This document shows, one piece after another, positions 33,000 through 50,042 of a stretch of 64,000 bases of DNA; the first letter of the stretch is position 1, and each line of letters starts with the position of its first letter. The notes under the pieces are model-generated. The model did no database searches. It saw nothing but the letters and a program-made list of their open reading frames with translations, and was not told the origin of the DNA. Origin of the DNA: the human T2T-CHM13v2.0 reference genome, Homo sapiens; assembly GCF_009914755.1 (NCBI RefSeq), contig NC_060925.1, one strand, 5' to 3'. Position numbers and translations under genes: made by a program.

Positions 33000-33540
33000 T
33001 AGGTGGTATTAGATTGGTGGCCTCCTATCATCTGGCTAAAACAAACACAAATTCTTTACAGAAGAATGCGCCATCACCAGGGACCTATTCCACACAGAAT
33101 TAAATCAAACAAGAGTTCACTGAAAAAGCATAAAAGAAACAGAGCATTGTGGTTGAGAGCAGAAACAAACAGGTTGGAGAATCAGACCCACAGGATTTCA
33201 GACATTGGATTTATCAGATGCAGTATACAAAGTGAGTATATTTAATATGTTCAAAGGTATAAAAGGTGCCAAACACGTGAGCAAAGAGAAGAGAATATAA
33301 AATGACAGGGCAGATTTAAAGATTAAATAGAACTTCTATTTTAAAAAAAGTGTATTTGTAACTTAAAAACTCATTGAGTAGACTAAGCAGAAGATTAGAA
33401 CCAGCTGAAAGGATATCTAAAATGGAAGACACATTTCAAGAAATTACCCAGAATGCAACATAGAGAACAATCAGAGGTTTAGAATTCAAATGAAGAAAGG
33501 CCACAATATTTTTAAGAATTGAGGGCTGACATGAACCCTC
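33000..33540 (+). mobile_element. Old L1M ORF1-region fragment
   Basis: tttaatatgttcaaagg...aaaaactcattga...agattagaaccagctgaaa...gaaattacccagaatgcaaca. Confidence 0.55.
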
Positions 33541-34250
33541 AGTTGCAGAAAGTCCAAATGAAACCCAGGCGGGATTTGGCTTATATTGTTGCTCTGGCTA
33601 TCTTTAGTGCAACACCAGCTTCAGATTCCTCTGGCATTAACTTTGATGAGGGCTGGCTGCCTGAAAGTCTTCCTCAATGTCTCTATGCCATCCATGCCTC
33701 TTGCCTTCCCTGTGCACTTGAACATCTGAGAGGCTCTCTCCTTGCCCCTTCCCTGTTTCTCTCATTAGATTGCGATTGCTTGTTACCTGGTGCCACTAGG
33801 CTGGTTTTAGGCATGCCCTGTACATTCTGTTGTTAGGATGAGCCTTTCTCTTGGATCCTGCCCCACTCCCAACAGTGGAAGACATCTAATAATCTGCTCC
33901 CCGGCGATTTCTTTCCCCGTCCTCTAGGGTTAGTTTTTGTTTGCTTGTCTGTTTTTGTTTTATTCCCAGGCCACCTGAGTCTTCATTTTTTACCTGGAGG
34001 TAACAGGGTTAGCTGCGCTTCCACAAGTGACTTTTTTTTTCCTTAGGGAAGAGGTTCTGGATGATGTTTCACGCCTTACCTGCAGCTGGCCTACTTATCA
34101 AGGGATGTTGTTTCTGGTCCCTGGCCCTGCCTCCAGTTCTTCTCCCAAGCACCCAATGGATATGCATAATGAAGAACCTCTGAGTGGGTGAAAATTCTCC
34201 CTGTGTGTGTGGTTCCCACAGGTTCACTTGACCTTTAAATAGTTGTTTTA

Positions 34251-34588
<338 letters not shown>

Positions 34589-34931
34589 TTAGGTAGCTCC
34601 TCTTCCTTCTGTGCTCTGCCACAGGTGACTCAGGGCTCATGTCCCAACTGTCCTGGGAGGCCCCCACTTGAGAAATGAACCAACTTCTCCCTCAAAAAGC
34701 CTTCCCAAAACCTCTTACCTTTGTTAAACAAGGCTGTTTTTGATCTCTCTGTGGAGAAAAATTGGGGGACTTAAGAAAGAACTTACTCTAAAGAATAAGT
34801 AAAATGTTATTACTTTTTAAAACTCAAGTTCTGGGGATAAAGCAGTGAGATTTAGAAATTTGTATGTGAGTTAAATGAATAAATCAAGAGGAGACTGCTG
34901 TTGCTTATCTAAGCATTTGGAAGATAGAATG

Positions 34932-35295
34932 TGTATTAGTCTGTTCTCATGCTGCTAATAAAGATGTGCCCAAGACTGGGTAACTTATAAAGGAAAGAGG
35001 TTTAATTGACTCACAATTCCACATGGCTGGGGAGGCCTCACAACCATGATGGAAGACGAAGGAAGAGTAAATGGAGTCTTACATGGCAGCAGGCAAGAAA
35101 GTGTGTGCAGGGAAACTCCCCTTTATAAAACCATCAGATCTCGTGAGACTTACTCACTATCATGAGAACAGCACTGGAAAGGCCCGCCCTCATGATTCAG
35201 TTACCTCCCACCAGGTTCCTCTCACAACATGTGAGAATTATGGGAGCTACAATTCAAGATGAGATCTGGGTGGGGGACACAGCCAAACCATATCA
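34932..35295 (-). mobile_element. THE1 (THE1B/C-like) MaLR solo LTR
   Basis: Minus strand begins TGATATGGTTTGGCTGTGTCCCC and ends ...ACTAATACA; 364 bp; TG..CA termini. Confidence 0.92.
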
Positions 35296-35364
35296 GAACC
35301 ATTAAGAATTTCCATCTCTGGAGCTAAAAACAATAAGAGAAAAATTGGACTGGAATATCAGGTT

Positions 35365-35600
35365 GTCCTTACCTGACTGCGTAACCTTGGACAAGTTGCT
35401 TAACTTCTCGTAGCCTCAGTTTCTTCTGTTGTGAAGAGGCTATTTATAGCAGCTACTTTGCAAAAGTCAAAGATTAAAAGAGTTACAGTGTTAAAGTGCT
35501 GAGCACAGTGACCAGCACATAGTAAGCACTCAATCAATGTATAAGTAATCAATGAATGTATGAGTAAGCACTCAATCAATCATAACAGCTATTATGATTA
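35365..35600 (+). mobile_element. MIR with a small internal duplication (agtaagcactcaatcaat x2)
   Basis: accttggacaagttgcttaacttctcgtagcctcagtttc...aaagtgctgagcacagtg. Confidence 0.7.
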
Positions 35601-37229
35601 TTAACTCTCCCGATATCAATGTCTTCTCGTTGTATGTTGGTACTGGGTATATACCATAGTTGTCTTTCATGGACTGGAAGACTGACAGTTATTGAGCAGG
35701 AAGTAGCACATCACTGGTCAGTGTGGGCCTTGGGAACCTAAAACAAATTATACTACCTTAAAACTGCGCTAGATTTGGTGCCCATTCATTTTGTTTGCTG
35801 TTTATTCCCCTATGGAATGTGGAACAGACATGTGCATGGATGACGTTGGTTGCAGAAGCTGGAAGGTTAATAATCAATCAGTAATCGAGTATTCTCTAAG
35901 TCTGTGCCTATTTCATCACTAAGCATGGCTCCAGGGCTAAATTAGCTAAACTACTTATGGAAAAGAGATTCAGAGGAATGAATAAAAGGCAAGGTGTGTC
36001 AGGAAAAGAAAGAAGATGTAGGGAAACAAGAGAAAGTAAAGAAAGATTTCTTGGACACGGTTGATCAATCACTGTGTCCCGGTTTCCTGGAAAGACCCTA
36101 GAGAAACTCAAATGATGAATTTGCTAACGTGGATGATCACAGATGTTTAGGATAAACCAGTTTCAAAACCATTTTATGTAAACCAATTTAATATTCTTCT
36201 GTGGTAGATTGATAAGCTGCTCTATAGCTAAAATAAGTAATAAATATTGCCTATCTTATCATCAATATGACATATGACTGTATTGCAGCAAACTTGCTAG
36301 CAAGCTAGGAAAACACAGTCCCAGAGGCCACTGTACTGTGAGGTGGATGCACCATGAATCACGCTCCGGGAGTAGTCCTGGCCACCCAGCTCACAGGTAT
36401 CTGCAGTAACAGTTTGAAACATGTTATTAAGAGGGTGTCTCTCTCTGGTTAATCCTGCAGTATAAGAAATGACTAACGCCTTGCAGAGTAAAATTAGAAT
36501 TCTGAATAATCTTGACAAGTTGGAGAAATAATTAGTCATAAACTGATGAAGTCACAGTCAAGTAAGGTCCCAATAGTTTATTTAGAGAGAACACCTTCAC
36601 AAATACATCAATGGTGAATGAATGCCTGAAATAATACGTTAAGAAAGAACTGTGTGCCCTTTTATGGGGAGCTATAGAAGGAATTTTCATTATAAGCTGT
36701 TTAAATACCACAGTCTTGGGAAGCAGACAGACTCGAGTTGAATCATGGTTCTTCCACATCTGAGATGTGCCTTCTTGAACAGGTTCTTACCTCTGCTTCC
36801 CCTGGTTTTCTCATCTGTAAAAGAGGAGGTAATAATCTCTACCTTGCACAACCATTGCGAGGATACACGTGAAGAAAAACATTTGTAGCAGACACTATTT
36901 GTTGCCTATCCAACATTCATTTCCTCCTTTCTACTGGTTAAGAAAAACTTAAAATTTTTATAGGTGGCTGGATACCCTCCTGGATGGTGACCCTAGCCCA
37001 GCTCAGGAGTAAATCCTAATCAGCCCTAGTGTACTATCATGGGAGTCTTCTCTCCACAGACTTCTTGATATATGAAACAATAGAAGTTCTTATGATTAAA
37101 ATCAGAATTTTTATTGTAGTTATTGCCCCCAAATTCCTCACTGAAAGAGTTGTGAAGTGCTTGATACCTAACTTCTACTCAAAAAAGAGATTATCCATAA
37201 CTCTCTATTATCGTTTACTTTTCTGTAGC

Positions 37230-37990
37230 TTTGGGATCTCCTGATCACCTCTTTTTTATGAAAGTTTCTCCCCTTTTCCATTAGATGCCATTGCCTTCTG
37301 CTTTTCTTCTCAAATCTTAGGTTGCTGTTTCTCTGTCTTGGAGGACAGCTTCCCTTTCTCAGCCTGTACCTTGAATATGATTATCTATTAGGGGTCCATC
37401 CTTCACTTTCTTCTCTCTTGTTGATCTCAGCTACTCTCTGGGCTTGGTGACTCTTAAATAATTATCTCCAGCTCACACCTCTCTTTTCAGCTTCTAGCCA
37501 TCATTCCAGTGGACTATTGGACATGCCCACATGGGTGTCCTGTCCAACTCAACTCATATTTGTATCATTTCCTCACTCATTCCCACTGCTCTTCCTGCAT
37601 TCCATTTATTGGGGAATATTACCACATCTCCCCATTGTGTCAAGCCAGAAACCTCCAGTCACCAATTGTTCCTCCTTCTCCCTTACACCCTGCATGCAAT
37701 CAACTTATTGCCTTAATATTCTCAATTAATATTCATCTATCCTGACCCCTGCATCTTCAATGACACTGCTTTAGTTTACCATTGCTAATCTTCATCTCTC
37801 ATCTGGATTATTGCAATAACCTCTTTGCCTGAATCTTGCTTTGTAGTTTTCTATTCCATCTTCCAGACTATATGAGTAGGATGACACTTCTAAAACACAA
37901 ATTTCATCGTCACTTCCCTACTTTAAACCTCCTTGATTTTTTGTAAATGTAAACTTTTTAGCACAGTCTACAAGGCCTTTTATAATTGAA
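37230..37990 (+). mobile_element. L2 fossil (preceded by MIR ~36700-36880 and an MLT1-like fragment ~36885-37030)
   Basis: tgactcttaaataattatctccagc...ggacatgcccacatgggtgtc...tctggattattgcaataacctc. Confidence 0.6.
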
Positions 37991-38342
37991 TCCAATAGTT
38001 GTCACCCTGACAACACCTTGGAGTCACCTAGAGTTATTAAAAATATGCCAATGCCCAGGCCTAACCTCCAGAGATTTTGATTTCATTAATTTCATTTAAG
38101 GTATAGGTATTTTTAAAAGCTCTCCAGGTGTCAGTACGAAACTCCTGAATGACCAGCCAACACTGCAGGGCCCTGAGTCTCAGTCAATATTTGGACAGAC
38201 ACCAATTGCTGAGTTTTCTGTCCATGGACAGGAGTGGTCTCAGGCTTAGGACCTTCTTGCTCTGCAGAGATCAGGCACAGTTATCCTCTATGCACTCCAA
38301 CTCCTGTTTACAAGAAAGTTTACCTCTATTACATGACTTAGA

Positions 38343-38825
38343 ACAGGAATTCTCAAACTTTTTTATGGTAAAGTCCATGGACTTTCCTCAATATTGTTGT
38401 CAAATACATAAATGGCGTAAGGTTGCAAAAGAGACAAATTACATTGAAATGCAGTTATCAAATATTAAAATATTTATGCTATAGGAATATATGTCTTTAT
38501 TAAAGTATTAGATAAATATATGTAGCAGTATATCTAATAACAATTATAGTTTCCAAATAGAGATGAACATCAATGCTATTTCAAGATATCTGTAACAGCT
38601 GCAAAATAATACTTTAAAATATGCATAGTGATTAAGTTGGAGATATTCCTAAATACTACAGTAGTTTGTTGCCAATATTTGTAATTGAAGAACAGCAAAT
38701 TTCAATTAGATGTTAGTGAAATAAAAAGGTCAGTTTTTTCCAAACCAACTCCATGTACATCACCCCTTCCCTTCCTCAAATTTTATCTATGAATCCTGTG
38801 GGGCCTCAGATTAAAAAATGATGGT
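38343..38825. mobile_element. hAT-Charlie DNA transposon fossil (Charlie4a/MER80-like)
   Basis: caggaattctcaaacttttt terminus; acattgaaatgcagttatcaaatatt...tcaagatatctgtaaca. Confidence 0.55.
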
Positions 38826-39264
38826 TTAGAGGAAACTGAAGAAGGCTTTTTAAAGGAAAGCAATAAGTTGTGTAGGAAATATCATTTATGATTGCATTTA
38901 ATATTTATTTTGTTATTTATTATTAACATGTTTATGATGTTCAGTTATACTTTACTGCAGATATTTTTACTAATAAATAGAATGCAGCATTAATTGTTCC
39001 TCATCATAAATATTAGTTACATGAATGAATGGACAATTAAGAAGCAAAATTTATGTTTTTAAATCACAAGTCCACCCCATCTACTCCAAACTGTTACCTT
39101 AATGAATCAACACCTTGTGCCTCAGTTTCCCTAGATCATAGATGATTAGGGTATTAGTAACAAAGTTAAAATATAAGGGTCAATAATATGGTATTTGGAG
39201 TCTGAAGTAAATTGGCTCTAGTTCCACCAGGCATTAGATAGATGGTCAAGGGGAAATTACTTGA

Positions 39265-39578
<314 letters not shown>

Positions 39579-40282
39579 TTTATTTTCAATTATGTAAAGT
39601 AGAAGTAATGATATCATCTTTTGAGGGCTGTTGAGGGGATCATGTGAGATGATGTATATATATAAAGCACTTTTCACAGCATTTGACACATACTAAACAT
39701 TTCCTTAATGGTTGCTATTACTGCAACTGTAATTATTGTTACGTGTTATCACAGGGCATTTTGCCTATCAAATGAAAGTTGATATGTTTAACCCATAACA
39801 ATGCAAAAATTATAAGCTCCTTCTCAGCAGAATCTTTAGATAGACCTTGAAGTGATGAGAAAGAATCAAAATCTGTGCCGTGCTTAGGGACCATCAGCCT
39901 TAGCTAGAAAATGACACAGAAAACAGCCCTTGCGTCAACAGAGTAAGGCCTGACCTTCGGGAAGAATGGAAAAACAGGTTCTGTTTGCCATGGAAGATCT
40001 CTTATCACCTTTTCAGACTGCCTTCGGTTTTTGTGTCCCCTTTCCTACATTCCAAGGCCTCTGGTATCCAGTCTTCTGTCCCTCACAATCTACTGTGCAC
40101 CTCAAGCTAGGCAGGAGGGGACGGGAATTTGTATTGAGGGGGTCTCTTATTTGCAGGGCACTATTTTGCTCTATAGGTGATGAGTAATCCAAAGCTTGAA
40201 AGCTTTTAAATTTTTCTGTGCTTCATTCTTTCAAGGATCTGGTTTTGAGATCATATCTGCCTAGTTTGAACCAATTAATAAT

Positions 40283-40420
40283 ACTGAGGGGATGGATACA
40301 CAATTTTCCATAATGTGATTATTACACATTGCATGCCTGCATCAAAGTATCTCATGTGCCCCATAAATATATATGCCTACTATGTACCCACAAAAAATTT
40401 TTAAAAATTAAAAAAATAAT
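40283..40420 (+). mobile_element. L1MA-type extreme 3' end
   Basis: gaggggatggatac...atgtgattattacacattgcatgcctg...ccataaatatatat..ctactatgtaccca followed by an A tail. Confidence 0.8.
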
Positions 40421-41809
40421 CTTACAGAAGTTTTGAGAATGTCTTAGTTTCCAAGTTGCTGCATAAAATATATGTATTATCTTAGCGAAAGCTTTTAATA
40501 GCAACACTAATAAGCTATAAAGCTGTACACATGCATCCATGTAGACCTGGCTTGCATCCTGGCTCTGCTATATCCTAGCTGTGTCATCTTGGTCAAGGAG
40601 GGTAACCTCTCTTGCTAAGACCATTCTTTACTTATAAAATGGGAATAATAGCTTCTTAGCAATTTGGTTAAAACTATAAAATTTTGTTTATAAATAATAA
40701 CTATAAATACTTAACATGAAAATTTTTACTATCAATAAAAATAATGGGACTTTCAGTGTATTGGAAGACATTTGATGTGAGATTGGAAGGAATTTCAGAT
40801 GCTTTTTATCCCTCTTCGTGAGTAGCTGCTTCTTTGTCAATGAGTGGTGTTTCTTCTGTGCTAAAAAGATGAACACACTTCAGTCGTTTCATAAACACAG
40901 GGCTCATGAAATTCTAGCCATCATCTCAGAGTGAATGTACACTAAATGGTAAGGAATGCAATGGGTTGAGAAAATTCTACCCAATTAATCTTCATATCCA
41001 ATTTGGAGGTAGAGCAAAATCTAAAACACAGATGTATAGTCTCCCCACTATACTCTGGCCCCTCAAGAGTGATGCTTGACCTCTTGCTCTTAAAACACTT
41101 CTAAACATCTAGGCATCCTGTCCCAGAACAAAAATCAAAGTAAGGCCGCACACGGCCTTGAGAAAGACCAAGGGCTTTCAGCTTTTCTCCCTCTTCAACT
41201 TGTAAAGGCTTGAAGAGGCAGTCAGCATAACCTCTGGGCCCTCCTTAAACTTTGGGGCTCTTCAGCCATGGAATCCACATCACTCTTCTGGATGTATGCC
41301 CAGAGCAGAGCTCTGGCTTCGAATTCTCTGGATGACAGCCACGATAAAGACATTTGCTACTGCCAGCACATAGAGGGAAACATGGAAAATACAAGAACAC
41401 AATCAATGTTTCTAAAATACCTCTGCCAGGGGGAATCTTTGTCACCAGCTTCTCAGGAAAAGTGGAATTATGCCCTCCCCTCCCCACTTGGCTAATTATC
41501 ACCACTGTTGTAGAACTGAAAAGAGCTTCAAGAGATTGAAGGAGAACAGTCTAAAGAGAATCATAGTTCATGAATTTAAGAACAGGGTCTTGATTTGCAC
41601 TTTATATCCTGTGAGGCTCATGTGTTCCCATGTGCTTAGGAGAAACTTATGCAGAGACCAAGTGTGCCTTCTTATAGCAACCTGTTCCATATTATGTGTG
41701 CCTTTTTGTTTTTTTAACTTTTTGGATTTTAGATTCAGAGATTTCATTTATTCATACTCTTATTTCAATTCCTGGCACACTCTTATGTTTGATCCCATAA
41801 AGCCCCTTT

Positions 41810-43012
<1,203 letters not shown>

Positions 43013-43622
43013 GTTCAATCATTGTGGAAGACAGTGTGGTGATTCCTCAAGGATCTAGAACTAAGAATACCATTTGACCTAGCAATCCCCTTACTGAGTA
43101 TATACCCAAAGGATTATAAATCATTCTACTATAAAGACATATGCACACATATATTTATTGCAGCACTGTTCAAAATAGCAATAGCATTCACTGTTCACAA
43201 AACTTGGAACCCAAATGCCCATCAATGATAGACCGGATATAGAAAATGTGGCACATATACACCATGGAATACTATGCAGCCATAAAAAAGGATGAGTTCC
43301 TGTCCTTTGCAGGGACATGGATGACACTGGAAACCATTATTCTCAGCAAACTAACACAAGAACAGAAAACCAAACACCACATGCTCTCACTCGTAAGTGG
43401 GAGCTGAACAATGAGAACACATGGACGTGGGGATGGGGGCATCACACACCAGGGCCTGTTGGGGGGGCTACTGGGGGAGGGATAGCATTAGGAGAAATAC
43501 CTAATGTAGATGACAGTTTGATGGGTGCAGCAAACCACTATGGCACGTGTAAACCTATGTAACAAACCTGCACATTCTGCACATGTACCCCAGAACTTAA
43601 AGTATTTAAAAAAAAAAAAAAG
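43013..43622 (+). mobile_element. L1PA (older, about PA7-PA10) 3' end with poly-A
   Basis: ttgtggaagacagtgtggtgattcctcaaggatctagaac...gcacatgtaccccagaacttaaagta followed by an A tail. Confidence 0.9.
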
Positions 43623-44425
<803 letters not shown>

Positions 44426-45729
44426 ATCTAGGCTACATGTCCTTTCTCTATAAAGGTATCTCTTGCTGGCTTAGGCGCCTGAAGATCTGAAGATGCAAAC
44501 AGATAAAAAAAGTTATGAATCAGTATATTAGCATGCTCAGTTGTCTCAATCATTTTAAGTAGGTGATTTAGTGAGAGGCAGCTGAGCAAGCTCTTTCTCG
44601 CCAAAAAAATTAAAAGCCTCAGAATGGTTCGTTACAGTGTCCCCACCCAGCCCTCTCTGCTACTTTATACCTCAATGGCCCATAGGCCTAAAAGGCAAGA
44701 ATCTACTGCTGGCTCTGGAAATACCAAGCCCAATACCTGAGCTCTGAGCTAAGGAAAAGTTGCTACCAATCTTGAAATTCAACTCTCTCCCGTTGGGAAA
44801 AACAAACTATTGAGCTTGAGTATGACAGTATCTGGACATTAATTATGAGATTGTTGGCAATGTTAATGAAACTATCTTATTTAGAAACTTAAGTACATTG
44901 TTTGAACATAGATTGAAGTATTTAAGCCATCAGAACAGCTGATTTGTATAGCAATATTGAGATACATCATCAAATCTGAGAGGAAATATGTAATATTTGT
45001 AGGGAACTACAGAATATAAAAAAAAGTAAGATCAAAACCCATATCTCAGTAAAAGTTGCATAGGGTAGTCTTCTGACAGATCATGTGATGTTGTGATAGA
45101 GCAATCCAATGAATTTACAATTTAAAAAATCATCTGGCTATGTTTTTGAGTATGTAATGTTACCATGTTTCAAACACAATTATTAGTACAGCTTGGAGCT
45201 AGTTAGCTTTTACATTTGGATTTTAACCTCCTTGTGTGTCACTCATATCAAGATTTTTTACAGTAGCCCTATTTAGCTCACGGAAAAAAAATGGAAAAAT
45301 CCAAATATTTAACAGTAGGAGAATATTTAGCAAGCCAGCTTTATAAATGTAATGAAATACTGTAAAATCTTTTATAATAAGTAAGCAGAATATATCAATA
45401 CATAACAATGTCTCTACAAAAAATATTGAGTATAAATCACAAAATAGAGAAATAGAATACATGTACAAATCACAGCTACATAAAAATATGCTCGTGAGTT
45501 CAGAAAAATTATTAGAATGCAGCCAGGTAGAATTTATTGTGTATTTTTTAATCTATAAAGATATGATAAAAGAAATTGAAAAGCACATGTTTATACTGCA
45601 ATTTTGAGAAAATCATACCAATGCATAGACAATTTATGTAAATTTAGAAACTTTCAGAACTCTCAGATAGTGGCAATAGGTAGCACAGAAAAATAAAAGA
45701 AAGTGGGTGTTGCAAAGAGCCATCTGGAG

Positions 45730-45950
45730 CAGGGCTCAGCAAACCATGGCCTGGGAAAATCCCGCTTGTTGCTTGCTTTCATAAATAAAGGCTTTTTAGA
45801 ACATAGGCACACCCATTTGTTTATGCACTATCTGTGACTGCTTTCAAGGTACAAGGGCAAAGTTGAGTATTTGCAACAGAGACCATTTGGCCTGCAAAAC
45901 CTAAAATATTTACTGTGTGGTTCATTACAGAAAAAGTGCCAATTCCCAAT
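45730..45950. mobile_element. MER58A (hAT-Charlie MITE)
   Basis: cagggctcagcaaac...ataaataaag...caacagagaccatttggcctgcaaaacctaaaatatttact...tacagaaaaag. Confidence 0.85.
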
Positions 45951-48396
45951 CTAAATTATGACTTGAGATGAATTAGAATCCATTCTCATTTGTGGGATTT
46001 CCATTTCAGTAACATATTTGGGAAAGACCCAAACTCCTTCAAATTATGTAAGTCTAAGCCTGCAAGTACAACTGATGGATTACAGGCTCAAGAGGTTTTG
46101 GGAAACGACCATGTCACTATTTTCAGAGTTAAGAAATGTCAGAGCACAGATTTTTATTTCTAAGCAAAACAGTCATCCATAAGGATACCAGAGCTATGTG
46201 ACTTGAATGTGGAGTAGAAATGAACACAGACTGGGTCACCTGGGTCCCTCAGGGATTCTTTTGGAGCTCTCTTCTTTGCCAAGATATTATGGAGGAAGCT
46301 GTTTGTCCCTTCATAGCACCATACAGTGCTTTTATGGCAGCATCAAATTAAAAAAAGAAAAGATTGATCTATAAATTTCCTGAAGGTGTCAGAACAAGAA
46401 TGAATCTTGGGGGACACTAATAAGCAATCAGCAGGGAGAACTGCACGTTCCACTTCTGGTGACTCTGGAATGCCCCTGCCCGTACTCGCAGGCTTTCTGT
46501 TTCTTCTGCTGCATCACCCAAGTTCTCCACACCTTCTCCCTTCATTTTCCATGGAAAGCTTATTTTCTGTCTGTGGCTGCGGGCAAGTGGATTGTTCCAA
46601 AATTGATTTATACTTTGTATCTTAGAATAGACCAGGAGAAACTTCATACTTGACTTTGTCCTACAATCATAAAAAATGTATCAGCCTGCTTCCAGAACAA
46701 CAATCAACTCTGTTTTGAGGTTGCCTCTGTGGATACAATTTTAATCTTTTCTGGGAGAAATACAATGTATCAGTTCAATACCTGGAGAAGAAAATTAGTA
46801 GTTTTTAGTAGTTTCTGGAGTGAGATGAAAGGTACTTTCTGAACTCTTCTTTTTCTCTGATCACCCCTCCACGGGATCGCAGGTAAAATCATATTTGTAA
46901 CAAGACAGTTTTCTAGCATACTTACTACATACTTAGTATACATTAGAATACAGAATACTTACTAAACAGACATTCATGCACTCACTTACTGAGATTGAAT
47001 GGCCCCATAACATGTGCCACTGAAGACGAGAGGAAGAGATCTTTGTAGCGTGGCTTTGGAGTGGGCCTGGAGGTCCTGCTAAGTCAGTGAAGATTGTCTT
47101 GACGTCCCTTTCTGCCTTTTCTGTGCTGTCCTTTTCTTCTTATCCTCCTTCATCAATTTCTTCCTAAAAGCATCTCAACCCAGTAGCTACAGTGATCATC
47201 TAAATTCTGGGACTGAAGAATGTTTTCTGATTATGTATGCTAAAGTATCAGTGACTCGGGTATGATACTTCCTAAGGATATTTATATTGATAAGGGAAGA
47301 TAAGAATCGAGAGGAGAGAGCAACGCTTTACTGAACTGAGTGTATTTCTAATAGTTGCATTTTTAACACGATGGTGCCTCTTGGGAAAGATACTTTTATT
47401 TTATGATTGTGAGGAGAGAGGGCTATTAACTGTCCCTCAGATCACACTACACAAATACTCTTAACTCCTCTTCTTCCCCTCCCTTTCTGTGTCCACCTTC
47501 CCTAGCTGCTAAAAGCACTTACTCAAGAGCCCACAGGGAGACTGTGGTGCAAGATCCAGCTCTCCGCACTCCAAGCATGCAGATTTCAAACTCCACAAAT
47601 GCTGGAACAGCAAATGCAAGCCAAGACAGCTCAGCCAGCTGGTGTGAGGTCAGGGCTCTGCTTTGCTTTGTCCACCCACACCTTCTCTCTGTAGAGAGAC
47701 AGAAAGAGTCTGGGATAACTATTGGCAGAATGGATCAGAGGTCATCACTGAGCAGATAATGCTCAAGAGGGAAACCAGTGTAAGGGGCTGGGAGCTGAGG
47801 GCTGCAGAGTGAAAGCATGCTAGAGAAAGGGTGATGAGAGTCAGAACTGGTCTTGGACCAGATCCTGCAATGAAATTATTTTGGGGCACCCTTCCCATTA
47901 AACTTTATTGTACACCCAAGCTGGCAATTCCTCCTTAGTGTCACCACTTACCTGCCCTGCCCTGGCCCACACTTTTCTCATCCTCTGCCTTACAAAAATT
48001 CCAGCTCTTGAAAACTTTCCACTCTCTCTTTTTTCTTTCTCTTTCTCAGATCCCACCATTCTATTTTTCTGCGAAAAAATAATCTGTAGAAAAGTTTTCA
48101 TGAGTAATAACAAATTAATTCATTGACTTTTTAAAAGGAGATAAAGGTAGAATTTCAAAGGAAGATCCATTAGCTCTCCACCAATGTGTGCCTAACATAA
48201 GCCCTGACCCTAAGCCAATCTTGCTTTGATTATCCCTGTGTCTTCCTCTTGAGGATCATTTTAGGGATTAAAACTATTTAGTACTAGAGAAGCTATAAAT
48301 TGCCTTCGTGTACGTTTATATGGCATTTGCAAATGCCTATAGATACTGAATTTTAAATTTATGAATAACATTTGGATAAAATATATTTTTAGTAAC

Positions 48397-48530
48397 TTTA
48401 AGCTGATATATATATGTGTATATATATATGGCGCTCTCTCTATATATAAGCTGATGTATATTTAAATATATAAGTATGTGTATTTAAGCTGATATATATG
48501 TGTGTATATATAATATATAATATATTAATT
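48397..48530. repeat. AT-rich degenerate minisatellite (TAAGCTGAT + (TA/TG)n, 3 units)
   Basis: TAAGCTGAT recurs three times, separated by TA-rich runs. Confidence 0.7.
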
Positions 48531-50042
48531 AACATTTTGGGAGGTTCTGGATCCTGATCCAGGTTCTCTTAAGTATACAGGTATGCAGATTAGTTTGGAA
48601 CAGGAGTAGGGAAATACACAAGGAGAAAGAATCAGTGGATTGGCTGCATTTTACCAAAAAAGTCTCCTGGCCCAAGTTTGAGGGAATCAATTGTATCATT
48701 TGCTGTTACATAATAGGGATGGATTTCTGGACAAACTCCATAATAACTGTTTCTTTTCTCTTTGTTACCATTATTCTCTTGGCAGCAACTACCATAATTG
48801 TGGGGTGTTTTCCCATGAAGAAGTGAACCTAGCAATTGAGAAGACATTGAGTGAAAATCTGTTTTTCTCTTCCAACAGTGGGAAGAGCTTTCATGTGGGT
48901 TAACGTTAACCATGAATCTCGTTCCTATACAAAATATTCACACTCGTACCCATTGAGGGGGATGTTGTAAGCTCTTTTTAGATTTGTTTGTTTAGGTCAG
49001 GAGTGGACCAAGCAGTTATGTGAAGGAGGAGAAAAAGCTAGACAATAACGTATTGAGCTTGTTTTATAATAATTATTATAAGGGTCATATAAATCTGCAT
49101 GAATATAAACATATAACCCCCCCAAAAGTAATAGAACCAGTAGGTGGCTGAGTAGGGCCTTATGACAGTATCTTCTGACCCTTTCTACTCTATTCCATTG
49201 TAAGGAATGGTTTGTGGGCCATTTTTCCTCAGCCTTTGGGCTGGGACACACCAGGTCTCCTGGTTCATCGCACAGTCAGATAACTAGTTCCTTTTAGTGC
49301 AGTGGGAAGCAAGGGGGATGTTAGCAAGTTAGACAGTGCGCTTAACATAATTGGAAAATATCACTAGAATAAAAGCAACCTTTGTTAATTTTTCCACATG
49401 ACCTACAATTTCTGATTGTTATTCTGCCTCTTCTCCCATTTTGACCTACAGAATTGTCCTCTCACTGTGACATCCAGTCAACACTGGCCTTCATTCTACG
49501 CCTGCTGCCCTGATGATTGCACGTTAATGAAGCACAAAGAGGAGTTATTACTGTCCATTTATTTTCCATCCCCACAGATAGTAGTAGGACCAGCCTGTCC
49601 TCTTCTTAGTAGGTGGAGAAAAAGGCTTATTAAATGTCAAAAATATTTTGAGTACTTCTTGGACAGCTTCAGGAGTCAAACCACCTGCAAAGAATCATCA
49701 GGCCTGCCTCCATTGAAAGCTGTCTATTGGGAAGGGACTCTGTCACCCACTTGTGGAACTCATTGAGTTCTGTCATGTGGCTTCTTCACCAAAAACATGC
49801 CTTATGATTCCTCATTAGCACAGCTTCTCTTTCTAAAGCTATTTCCTTTGATGTAGTGCCCCCCCCCCCAACTATCTACATCTCATTTCAATTTTACAGC
49901 CTCTATTCTCTGTCCTTGTTTGCATAGCAGCAAAGGAAATCTTAATTGCTTTGTATTTATAGTCAGAGTCTAAACTGTTGGATTAATTCATGTATCAATT
50001 CTGAAATTCATTAAATAAATATTGATTAAAAGAACACTTTTA

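Noticed and set aside
46150-49900. Long repeat-poor block as a processed pseudogene or lncRNA exons
   Set aside because: No recognisable protein similarity in the ORFs and no poly-A/TSD pair. lncRNAs are annotated upstream of human DPT as I recall, but their exons cannot be placed from sequence alone.
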